This document shows positions 9,332 to 20,867 of a stretch of 64,000 nucleotides of DNA, in pieces. The stretch covers positions 1,293,324-1,357,323 of the forward strand of contig OZ316891.1 of the NCBI GenBank assembly GCA_973895155.1, read 5' to 3'. The stretch is from Marsupella aquatica (Eukaryota > Plantae > Marchantiophyta). Position 1 is the stretch's first letter, and each line of letters begins with the position of its first letter. A program made the translations under genes and the position numbers. The notes beneath the pieces were generated by a model that made no database searches, had not been told where the DNA came from, and saw nothing but the letters and a program-made list of their open reading frames with translations.

Positions 9332-12300
9332 AAGATGCAGGATCACCTGGATGAATTTGACAGTCTAGCGGTGGATCTGTCAAACCTGGGAAAATGAGTT
9401 GAAGATGAGGATAAGGCCTTGTTTCTGCTAAGCTCCTTACCACCGTCTTATCAGGGCTTGAAACAGGTTTTCTTGTACAGAGATCTGAAGTCCATTTCGT
9501 ATAATGAGGTGGTGAGCTCATTATTGTCTGATGATGCTCAGAAGAAGCTGGGTCAATCACAGACAGCATCTTCTTCTGGCACTGCGCTCAATGTGAACAG
9601 GGGAAGAGCAGCGCAGCGCACGAATGGGCAGAACAGGTTTAGATCTACATCACGGGGGAGATCTAAATCCAGAGGGAAATCGCAAGAGAGGAAGCCTCTT
9701 GCATGTTGGAATTGTGGCAAGCCTGGCCACATGAAAAGGGATTGTCGAGTAAAGGTCCCTACTGCCTCTGCTAATGCGGCATCGAGCTCGCATGAGGTAG
9801 ATTTACTCGATGATGATGACATATTGTGATGTCAAGGTTATGCTCTCAACGTAGTGTCAAATTCAGGTAGTGATGACTGGATTCTAGATAGTGCATGTAC
9901 TTTTCACATTTACTCTAGAAGAGATTGTTTCAGTTCTTACACGGTTTCCAACGGATCAGTGTTGATGGGAAATGGAATCCCATGTCAAGTTGTTGGACTT
10001 GGATCTGTAAGATTTCAGATGTTTGATGGTGTTGTGAGAACGTTGAGGAATGTGAGACATATTCCCAGCATGATGAAAAATCTCATTTCACTTGGAGTTT
10101 TAGAAGCAAATGGCCATTAGTGGAGCTCTGCTAATGGTGTCCTTCAGGTTTCAACTGGTACTAAAGTTGTATTGAAGGGAAAGAGACATAGCAATCTATA
10201 CGTTTTGGAGGGCAGTGTAGTTTGTGATGAAGCCAATGTAACCTTATCTCATGAGGAGACGGCCCGGCTATGGCACTTCCGTTTGGGCACATGAGTGAAA
10301 AAGGTTTGGTTATTCTTCAGAAGAAAGGATTACTTTCTAATTTGCAATCTTGTAAGTTGGAATTTTGTGAGCACTGTGTGCTAGGGAAGCAGCACAGGAA
10401 ACCCTTCGGAGTTGGAACTCACACTAGCAAGGAGGTACTTGAGTATTACATAGTGATGTGTGGGGTCCAGCCCCTACTCCCTCATATTTTGGACGGTTAT
10501 ACTATGTCACGTTCATAGACGATTACTCAAGGTTGTGTGGATATACTTTTTACACAATAAGTCTGATATTTTTGCCACTTTTAAGGAGTGAAAAGCCCAA
10601 GTTGAGAATCAGACTGGTAATAAGGTGAGATATCTTCGATCGGATAACGGCGGTGAATACAGTTCCGCGGAATTTGGAACGTATTGTAAGGAGCAGGGGA
10701 TTACCCGCCATCTCACAACAAGTTACACTCCTCAGCAGAATGGTGTTTCTGAGAGACTCAACCGAACACTATTGGATCGCTCGAGGAGTATGTTGAGTCA
10801 ATCATGCTTACCACATGAGTTTTGGGCTGAAGCTGTCAACACTGCAGCTTATTTGGTAAATTTTTCTCCATCCAGTTCTATTGGATTCAAGACGCCATTT
10901 GAAATGAGGTACGGGCGTCCAGCAGATTACTCACATCTGAGGATTTTTGGATGTGATACTTATGTGCTTACACCTTCCCAGCTTTGATCCAAGCTGGAGT
11001 CCAAGTCGAAGAAGTGCATTTTCCTTGGCTATCAGAAAGGTGTTAAGGGTTATAGGTTATGGGATCCAGTAACCTGTAAACTAATTGTCAGTAGAGATGT
11101 GTCCTTTAATGAATCCAGATCATCAAAGGAGGGGGAGAGTTCTCAGGACTCCCGTACTGACAAGGGGAAATCTCCCATCCCGGACCAGGTTGAGGGGGAG
11201 ATTAGTCATGATGCAGTTCATGACAGGAGAGATGGAGAAGCTCCGGGCTTGGAGCTGGTTCTTGTGATGGAACAAGAGGAGCAGATTGTTGCTGGGGTAC
11301 CTCAAATTCAACCAGCAGCAGCAGCAGATCAGCCTGAGTCATCTACTAGAAGAACTTTCAGTCGTTCTACTAGAGCTCCTACCAGGTATGGTCAATGGGC
11401 AGACTCATCTAAGCTAGATGATATTGACATTGCACCTGATGAAGATGATATGGCTTTGATCTTGGAAGAAGGAGAGCCTTCTTTGTATAGTGAGGCTTGT
11501 GCTTCAGAGCAGAAGCATGAGTGGAATGCAGCAATGCAGAGGGAGTTGCAATCTTTGAGTGACAACAAGACATGGAAGCTGGTGGAGCTTCCAAGAGGTC
11601 AGCAAGTGATGGACAGCAAGTGGATTTACAAGTTGAAGGACAGTCCTTCAGAGGGTGGAGATAAGATCTACAAGGCACGGCTTGTTGCCAAGGGATTCAC
11701 TCAGGAGAAATGAGTGGATTACAATGAGGTCTTTTCACCGGTTGCTAAGTATTCCACAATTCGGATCTTGTGTCAGCTTGTTGTGTTTTTTGGTCTGGTG
11801 ATGGATCAGATGGATGTTGTTACTGCTTTTCTCTATGGCAACTTGGAAGAGATGATCTTCATGAGACAGCCACTAGGCTTTATGAAGAAGGGCCAAGAGA
11901 ACTTAGTTTGCAGGTTGCTCAAGTCCTTGTATGGATTGAAGCAGTCTCCCAGACAGTGGAACAAGCGGTTTGATGATTTCATGCTTGCTCAAGGTTTTAC
12001 AAGGATGGTGTATGATCATTGTGTGTATACGAAATCAGTCAAGAATGATGTATTTGGTTTCATCATTCTGGTGATCTATGTGGATGACATGCTGATTGTG
12101 GCTAAAGATCAATTTGAGGTTGACAGTCTCAAGGCAAAATTGAGTGCTGAATTCAGGATGAAGGATCTTGGTAAGGCCAAGAGGATCTTAGGGATGGAGA
12201 TTTTTAGGAACTCTGATACTGGACAGTTGTGCTTGAGTCAAGGCCAATATGCAAGGAAAGTACTTGCACGATTCAACATGGAGAACTGTAAGCCAGTGAG

Positions 12301-13045
12301 TATTCCCTTAGCTTCACATTTCAAGTTATCATCGGCTTTCTCTCCTACGGATGCTGTAGAGAAAGGTCTGATGGCTAAGATTCCTTATGAGAAGGCAGTA
12401 GGCAGTCTGATGTATTTGATGACTTGTACTAGGCCTGACTTGGCCCTAGAGATGGGCAAGGTTAGTAGATTCATGTCAAATCCAGGGAAGGTACATTGGG
12501 AAGCTGTGAAATGGATTCTCAGGTATGTGAAGGGAACACAGGACTATGGATTACTATTTGATAACAGATCAGATAGAACGTTGGTTGGCTATGTAGATTC
12601 TGACTATGGAGGCTGTCTGGATACAAGGAGATCTACAACTGGGTTTGTATACACTCTTGGAGGAGGATGTATCAGTTAGAAATCTACCTTGCAGAAGTGC
12701 ATATCTCAGTCTACTACAGAAGCAGAGTATGTTGCAGCAGCAGAAGCAGCAAAGGAAGCAATTTGGTTGGATAAGTTGATCGCGGAGATGGGTTTAGAGC
12801 ATGGAAAAATGACTCTAAACTGTGATAGTCAGAGTGCTCTTCACTTGGCTGCTAACCAGGTGATGGATAGCAGGGTGAAGCACATTGATATCAGGTACCT
12901 TTTTATCAGGCAAGCAGTGTCTGATAAAACTTTTGAGCTAGTCAAGATTGATGGAAAGCTCAATCCCGCTGATGCCTTTACCAAAATGATTCATTTGGAG
13001 AGTTTCTCAAGACACCGTGCTACTTTGCAGGTTTTGCAGTTGTAG
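9332..13045 (+). pseudogene. Copia gag C-terminal part and pol (zinc knuckle, protease, integrase, RT, RNase H) with several stops and frameshifts
   Basis: LLSSLPPSY; CWNCGKPGHMKRDC; WILDSACT; HMSEKG/CEHC; LRSDNGGEY; TPQQNGVSER; YKARLVAKGFTQ; LYGLKQSPRQW; YVDDML; STTEAEY; KHIDIRY. Confidence 0.96.
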
Positions 13046-13241
13046 TGCAAGTAGAGTTATTTAGCAATGTGTGACTATTTGTATATGGATTACTCATTCC
13101 TGTTAGGCTACGGCTTAGTTCTAGTTAACCCTTAGTTAACCTTTGTGGTTTTTAGGGGGAGACCTGGTTTGGTGATTGTCTAGAACTTCCCGCTGAGGAT
13201 TCCATATGGTAGCATTTAGTCCAGTCCCCAAGACAAGAGTC

Positions 13242-13250
13242 AAGGGGGAG
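13242..13250 (+). promoter_or_regulatory. Polypurine tract of the copia element
   Basis: AAGGGGGAG just before the 3' LTR. Confidence 0.9.
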
Positions 13251-13252
13251 TT

Positions 13253-13596
13253 TGTTAGATATTGCTCTAGTCTTGTGACTCATGAGCTAACCACAGTTAG
13301 TCTAACTCGGGTTAGGACTTAGCTAATGTTAGCGGTTGTGCTGTTGTGTATATAGCCAGGGCTGATGCCAGACCCTGGTGGAACAAAGGCTCATTGTTAT
13401 GGAGCTAGTTGAGAGATAGGGAGAGCTTGTGCTGTGGATGCTTGGTATGGCCGGTCGGCCTAGAGTGCAGTAAAGCTCTTGTGTGTTCCCGTGGATGTAG
13501 CCTCATGTGGAGGTGAACCATGTATCTCTCTGTGTCGACTATTGTGCGTTGGATGGTTCATGGGCTTGCCGTTACGAATGTCGTCTATGCTCAACA
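13253..13596 (+). repeat. 3' LTR of the copia element
   Basis: 344-bp direct repeat of 2442-2785. Confidence 0.97.
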
Positions 13597-14482
13597 TATG
13601 AGAAATAATGGCCCCTTAAAAGTATTTCACTCTTACTATTTATATTTTTTGCCTCTCTTCCCGCTTGAAGTGTTACCCAAATTTCATGCGGTTGAAATTT
13701 CACTTTCTTTACTAAGGACAAGTAGAGGACAAAGCTCAAAATGTGCTTATATAGCATGTGAAGCCGCATTGAAGATTGCTACCATTGGGCTATGCTTGCT
13801 TTGAAGACTATAGTCAAGAAAACTCTGCGTTCCCATAGGTCCCCCCTCTAGCTATCATTGAGAAATGTGTGCAACTAAACGGGCAACCATAATTGCATTT
13901 CCCAGGAATTATCTTACTATAAAAGTGCAAAAGAAGTCTATTCTTAAGGGCCTGGGATCAAGAGTGAAGCCTCTAGACAATAACCCCCCCTACAGACAAA
14001 AATGATTACGAATCTTATTAAAAAAAAACTTAAAATGAGGAGGGACACAAATGATATTAACTCCAAATAAAGACAAAACTGAAATGGGGGACAAAAAACA
14101 AAGATGAGACAAAGATAAATGGAAATAGTGTACAAATATTACCGTCCAAGATTTGCTTTCTTCATATATGTTTACTGAACGGGTAATCGGGCTAGTAGCC
14201 CAGAATATAGAAAAGAAGGAGTGATCAAAACCGGTTGACTCCATGCAACCCTCCCCTTAACTAAGGGTGGCACATTACCACCCTCAAGAGCATCATTCAT
14301 TCCATTCCACGAGAGTTCCGTAACACTTCACTCATCGAGCTTTTTCGCAAATCGATCGATCGATCGATGTCTTGTATGAACATTTGATTTGCCTTCGAGC
14401 GCCGACAGCGGGAGGATCGATCCGCAGAAACAGAAAGGAAGCGCAAGAAGAAAGAAGAAGAAGGAACCGAGCAGCGGCGGAA

Positions 14483-16218
14483 ATGTCTATGGCAGCTGGA
14501 GCGAGAGCTGGAGCGCGGGTGGCTCTCCAGCAACTGCGCTCTCCCACGCCCTTCTTCTCTCGAGCTCAATTACCGGCCCCTTCGTCATCCTCCTCCTCCT
14601 TGACGCCGTCTTCTCGCGGATTCGCCTCCGGTACGTGTTTTTCTAATGTCTCTCCTCTCTCTCTCGTCTGGCACTTTTTATGTAACAGCAGTGTTTCAGT
14701 CGTTGTTTGCAGCATTTCTCTTCCAACTGAATTTTGAAACACAGCTGCCGCATTTCTGAGATCTTTTGTCCAAAAGCCCTTGCTGCCATTGTCGTTTCCA
14801 TCTAGGAGCGTCGTTGTGCAGGGATAGAGCTGACTGACCTAAGTTTCGATCCTCATCCTCATGTAGTTAGTCTGTTCTCCCTGTTCACTCTAGTCTGCTC
14901 GGCATAGGAGCGATCTGGACTGTTCACGTGCGTTTGATGTCTTTCGTTTGGCGAATTCGCCAGCCTTTCGATGGTGATGCTGGTGGTGACGATGGATGTC
15001 GTAACGACCTGGTTGGAATTTCTAGAGAGTCCAGTAGGTTAGGGGGGAACTTCATATTTACTCCGAACCTCGGCGGCATTGATTCCCCAGCCTAACCTGG
15101 TGTGATGTCCCTAGATAGTCGGGACGGAATTAGATAATCCCCGGTATGATGCTTGTGAGGCTGCTTAGGTGCGGCCAATCGGAATCAAAACCGAATTGGT
15201 TGTCTTTGCTTGACAATGTTTACGTTATCATTTAGGTTTTACAGCATCAGTCGATTTCGGAGTCTCCATCAACCTCCGAACTTTTGTCATTGGATTTGTC
15301 AGTATGCGAGTGTCGCAGGTGCAAGGGTGCTCTGAGACTGAATTCGTTGCACAAGACCTCTTGCAGAATTAGAGTTTTGATGTTGGTTTTCCTTCCCAAT
15401 TACAGAGACTATAAGATCTCATCGTCCCGGTTGGACCGTCATGTGCTTCGAAGTCCTCATGTCCCTCAGATGGTCGAATTTTTTCCACTTATATGTCTAG
15501 GCAGCTCTAGTGACCAGACCTTGCGCTTCTTGTGATAGTCTTATACGGAGGTGACATAAATCCAGTATGACCAATTCTCCGTCAAGGGGTATCTGGACTA
15601 TGATGTGACATGCTATGTATAACATTTATATTAAACGATTCAGAAGTTTTCTCAATTACCAATAAACAAAATGGAAGAAGCATAATCTCACTCGTTCATC
15701 CATTTTCGCCGCTAAATGCAGATCATCATGGACCCGCAAGAGTGAACATTTGGGAGGATCCCTTGAGCCCTTCAAAATGGAAGGAGGAGCACGTAAGTTA
15801 CTAATCTCCTTATGGCCCAGTTTCGATAATCAAATTATTCGTCCCTTCCCGAGTCGGACGAATTGCTATCTCAACTTGATTTCATGAATTGTTTCGCTTT
15901 CGCAAGGAATTGCATTGCCTTGCCCCGGAAGTTCATACTCTGATCCACGAGAACTGTACACCAAATCCATACTACTGGATCTGATATCAAGTTCATTCGG
16001 ATATTCGTTTCAGTCATATATCCTGTGAATCTGGGCTGTCACTTCGGTTGATTCTGTTGACAATCGAAGGGACATTCTGGTGGTTTGCTTGAGAGTTTGA
16101 GGTGCTAATTATTTAACCGTTATTGCAGTTTGTGTTTGTCTCGCTTGGAGGTTGGGGCCTTCTTTTTTATGGTGGTTACAAGGCAGCCACGGGGGGAAAG
16201 AAGAAAGCAGAAACATAA
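14483..16218 (+). CDS. Small single-pass membrane protein with mitochondrial-type presequence, short isoform. Exons 14483-14630, 15722-15792, 16129-16218
   Basis: GT-AG introns with consistent phases give MSMAAGARAGARVALQQLR...RGFAS-DHHGPARVNIWEDPLSPSKWKEEH-FVFVSLGGWGLLFYGGYKAATGGKKKAET*. The N-terminus is Arg/Ser/Ala-rich and free of acidic residues. I recall the SPSKWKEEHF..SL.GWG motif from an uncharacterised land-plant family but cannot name it. Confidence 0.85.
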
Positions 16219-16552
16219 CTGCGTCAGCAATGAAATAGAAGTCATTTCTAGCCCTTTCAACATTTTTTTAAGATGGATTGGACAATGATGAAAATTTTTG
16301 TGATCAGCAAGGGGGATAGATACTGGTCCGGCTAGGCTTTGTGAGTCCATATCACAACACATGTAGGCTGTTTGGGACTATTTCTCCTTGGTGGCTTCAA
16401 GGTCCTCTCAAATGCAGCAGGATCTTAGAACAAGAATTACTTACTTGGCTGGCCACAAATAGCTTCACTTTATCCTGAGGGATTTGTTGTTGAGTGTAGT
16501 TCAGCATCCACGGTGTTGTAATAAATTGCTGATCAATGGCAGTCGCACGCAG

Positions 16553-17056
16553 TTCGTATTTGTATCTCTTGCAGGTTGGTTCTCTCTTTTCTATGGGGGC
16601 TACAAGGCTGCCACTGGTCAGGGTAAACCTAAAGCTGCTTCCAAAGTAGGAGCGCCACCAAAAGCTGCGTCCAAAGTAGAAGCGCCACCAAAAACTATTG
16701 TGAAAGAAGACCCTTCGTCCAAAAAGGGGCAAGCAAAGCCCGTGTCTAAGAAGGATGATCACGTAGCTAAGAGCGTGGAAAAGCCTGCACCTAACAAGAG
16801 AGAGGAAAAACCACCTCCTAGGAAGAACGAGACAAAGAACGCTCCAGGCAAGAAAGAGGAAAGACCTAGTCTTAAGGGGGAAAAACCTGTTTCCAAGAAA
16901 GAAGATCACACCCCTTCTCCAAAGCGGAAAGATGACCTTAAAGGTGACGAGGATATTGCAAACAGGAGGGGGGAAAGGCCAGCTTCCAGACGGAAAGAGG
17001 ACAAGATGGCCGAGCCTGTAAATCCGAAAGACAAAAGGGAGGGTATAAACTGGTAA
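16553..17056 (+). CDS. Duplicated alternative terminal exon (3b) of the same gene: same TM segment plus a ~145-aa Lys/Pro/Glu-rich tail
   Basis: GCAG acceptor in phase 0, then FVFVSLAGWFSLFYGGYKAATGQGKPK..., paralogous to exon 3a and open for 168 codons. Confidence 0.75.
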   Translation, partial: FVFVSLAGWFSLFYGGYKAATGQGKPKAASKVGAPPKAASKVEAPPKTIVKEDPSSKKGQAKPVSKKDDHVAKSVEKPAPNKREEKPPPRKNETKNAPGKKEERPSLKGEKPVSKKEDHTPSPKRKDDLKGDEDIANRRGERPASRRKEDKMAEPVNPKDKREGINW

Positions 17057-19901
17057 AGACAGATGATGAGGTAATTTAACTACTTTTAAATTCGTAGTAT
17101 CTCTCCATTACAAAGGACTAGAGCACAGTTTGTTTTGACAGACGAGGGAACGCTTCCAACTGGTCTCTCAAGTAGTTTTAGAACTAAAAACTATATGAAA
17201 GAAATTCGAGAAAATTGTAACCAATTCGGTAGATTCTCAATATTCTATTAACTGACCTTGTTCCGTAAGTCAGCTACCGGGAACGTACACCTTATTTTGT
17301 AGAATATAAGAGAAATTCTAGATACGGTCATTATGGAGTGTCTAGTAAGATCTATTGGAAGAACCTGACTAGTCTTTTCAACCTTCGTCCTAATGCAGAG
17401 ATGATATAGTTTCTGGATCAAGAAAGTTTTGTGAGAAAATCATCGCCATCAGTTCTGCCAACTGATTGGTAAAGCACTTTCTGGAATGCCGTTCTCCAAC
17501 CTTAACTCACTGGAAGCCTACAGGATTGTTATACTCCAGCAATGGGGGGTCCAGCGCATCAAAAGACGTGTCATGAGATCATGTAGTTTGATTGCTAAGC
17601 TATCAGCTTTCTGTGTCGCTATTCAGAAGTGCAGAGGGCCTTTGTGGAATTCAGATGGCCTCCTATTTGAATGTCCCCGCACAGGACTAGATATTGCACT
17701 CATCGTACAAAGTCGCTTGATAAACAGCAGGTCCCTGTGTCAGGGAACCTAGTTCATCATTTACACTGGTGTCTTTTGATCCTAGACAGAGTCCTAATTC
17801 TCGTCTCTCTGACGAATGCTATACTGCAATGTACTTCAAAGTTCCTATTGACCTGCCGTTGCGTCACTGGTCACAACTCAGAACTTCCCCGCCAAAGAAA
17901 GGATCTACCAAATTCGACGACAACAATCACAGCTAACAGTGGCTCATAGAACATTGGAAAACATCTCGAGGATGCTCGCAGATGGGTACGCTTGCTGTGG
18001 ACTGACGTTTTACTTTGTGTTGGATTCTTGTTAGGACATCTCTTTGGGAGGCAGTTCAACTTCAGCCTGATATGTGGGACAAAACTTGAGCACGGAAAGT
18101 CATCTTGTCATTTTGTCCAACTCGTGGGAAAACTTGGCCTCCTATCCTGCTGCGCATGTGATCATGCCCACCACAAAATGAAGGCATTCAATCAACAATA
18201 GATGACGGCAGAGAGAGTGGATAATGGAATGGGACGATGATGAAAATGTAATTTAGAATTTGTCTGGAATAAAGAGTATTTGCATTGAATGAAGAACTCC
18301 CCAATACATTCATCTCTACCTATGTAGGAATCAATCCATGGGAAGGGTTTGCATCTCCTGAGTGTTTAGATAGTTGAGACTCGAACGACATGCAGTCGTG
18401 CGGTTACGTGTGGCCTTGGAGACTGATCTGTACCCCAACCAGGAAAATCTTAAGACTCCCTGCGGACCTTCATGACAATGCGCTTCAGCTCCCAAATGAA
18501 CATGAAACGCGGCCACAACTCTCATTCTGTCAGGGGACTGAACAAGTATTAGGGAACATTTTTCCATGGAAACGAATCTGTTAAAATTCATTTCCCGGCC
18601 TGATACTAGGATCTTTTGGCATAACTGTGTCCTGTCAAGGAGAGTGTGGCCCTGAATGGCGAAGCACGAAGTCAACACTTCAGTGTGCTATTTTGCACTG
18701 TGTACGAAATAACATGTGATCTTTCTGCACCCAGTTGTAAGAGACTAGAATTGGATCCAGGTGAATCCTATTCTTGCAAGAAGATGTAGCGTTTCAATCC
18801 ATTTTCACCTGCCATGACTACCATTTCAACCTCCTGAGCACATGAACACAATGGACTTTAACAATAGAGGACGGTCAAACAAAAGGTAGTCGAGCGGACT
18901 CAAGAAGCAAACTCTTGAAAAAGACTGCCAATTCTCCACTCGCCGAAATCCTTGGTATTGCCCAATAAGATATGCCTGCATTTCCGCGAAACTACATGTT
19001 ACAAACTGTTATCTAAACGTCCTCGTGAAGAAGCGTAAGTTACTGCAAGTCAACCTTGCCAAACGAGTTTCAAGTTTAACACGAGGGTCACAGGAACTCA
19101 TCATTCATCCGGTTCCGTCGATGAGAATAAAATGCAACTCACACAATTAGGGTATCCAGCTACTTCATGGCTGAGGAAACTGAGGCGATCAAAATATATG
19201 AAAACCTTAGAAATATATAACATATGGAAAGTGGCAACAGTGCACACTTCTGGTCCACCCCTTCATAAAATGTTGTGGGAAAACAACAACTATAGATGTA
19301 TTGTCTCGAAAGGGAAAAGGGGTAGGATCTTCCGAGATTTTCTGCGAAGGCGACCTTATGTATTAGAAATCGAATTCACAATCACTACCAGAGGCCACGA
19401 CAGATGAGAATGCCCACCGCAAAGCACGAATCTTGCTGGATTCCCCTCACTGTTATTTGCCGGGGCGGTGAACACTGCTTGACCACAATCCGCGCTAGAT
19501 GTGGCATCCATGACAATCAACTCCGCGTGCCACTAAAATTAGATATTCGTCAGCATGATGTACACAGTACTCGCGTGAGAGTATGACGTGATGTAAACTC
19601 TTCCGTGGGTGCCCTCCAAGGCTGCAAAGCGTGAAATATTCCCACCGGACACCACTTTCGAGCATAGGATGAACAACTTAAACCTCATTTTCCAGGGAAA
19701 AACGAGGGCATCCAATTTCCGAAGCTCGGACATGACTTGAACTAAAAATGTCCTCCAGGAGCAGCCGTATGTGAACAATATTTTGGAAGCCCTATCGGAG
19801 GCATTCCATTATTTGAAGTCAATATAGTACAAATAGAAGACATAGAACACATCCCCTCGGAGGCATGTGTGCCCTAACCATTCTCCAAAGGTCGAAGCCG
19901 C

Positions 19902-20867
19902 TCAGACAGAAGGAATGTTGGCAAATGAGAAACCTTTGTAGCCCTTGTAAGCGTAATACGCGATCCTCGAGTAGTAAAAGCCAGGCATGAACAAAAGGGC
20001 ACCGAGAATCGCAAACGCAATACCTACGCAGGGCACCCGAGGAGCAAATCAACAACCTTTAAAATGAAACAACTTCATCGAGAGTGATAACAGAAGAGAT
20101 AAAAAAAACCTAATCTCTGTATAACAAACCTTCCAACACGCTAAACAGTGACAACAGCAAAAACTAGAACCGATGTCCTCTGTTAGCAAACCCTATAACA
20201 GCTGCGTAAAGAATAATTAAGCAAGAATGACTAACTAACAGCCTTGTCCCTTGTAAACAAACGTTGCAACAGCCACCTCGAGAGCAATAAGAGAGAAATA
20301 AACGTCCCAGTCCAATGTTATGACTACGTCAGCGGCAGCAAAGAATTATTTATGCATGAACGAATGATGCTATTCAGTACCAAGCCCTGTTATGCCAGAA
20401 CCTTGAAAGACTTGACATTCCATCCCCTTGGTTCAATACGAGTACCATAACATTGCGGGCAGAGAATTTCAGATACTCGCATCCCCTTGCTTCAATGTGA
20501 CCACTATAAGTCTGAGGGTAGCAGCATATTATTTCAGCATATTATGTCAGCAAAGGTAGGGACATAGGGTGTATTTTCTCCAAATCCAAAATCCCTCAGA
20601 AAACCACGCACAAGCTACAGAGACCTGCATCAAGTTCCAGTTGTCAATAAAAGCTCAGACAAGGTGCAGGAAGATTATGTGCTTACCGTGACCCCTATCA
20701 CCACCGGTCTTGTTGATCATCATTATAAGGCCTGCAACGATCCCAGAAGCGCCCAATACCAGCAAAGCGATGGCCAAGCCAATCTCCTTGATGGGAGGCC
20801 GGTTGTGCACGATGAATGTACCAGTAGGGTCCTCACTGATCGAAAACGTATGGTCCACATACGCCAT
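19902..20867 (-). CDS. TMEM230: Transmembrane protein 230 / DUF872 family, 100 aa. Exons 20867-20687 and 20023-19902
   Basis: [11 protein letters not shown]...[15 protein letters not shown]...GGDRGHG|[40 protein letters not shown], with a phase-1 GT-AG intron; matches the plant TMEM230 consensus. Confidence 0.92.

Larger units (their letters stand above)
2442..13596 (+). mobile_element. Full-length, decayed Ty1/copia LTR retrotransposon carrying a nested 4.4-kb insertion
   Basis: Two 344-bp TG...CA LTRs, PBS TGGTATCAGAGC, PPT AAGGGGGAG, flanks TATGG/TATGA (4/5 TSD), domain order gag-PR-INT-RT-RH. Confidence 0.97.

Noticed and set aside
17100-19850. Several 60-115-aa ORFs between the mitochondrial-protein gene and TMEM230
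   Set aside because: No recognisable motifs and no consistent exon chain; probably UTR or intergenic sequence.
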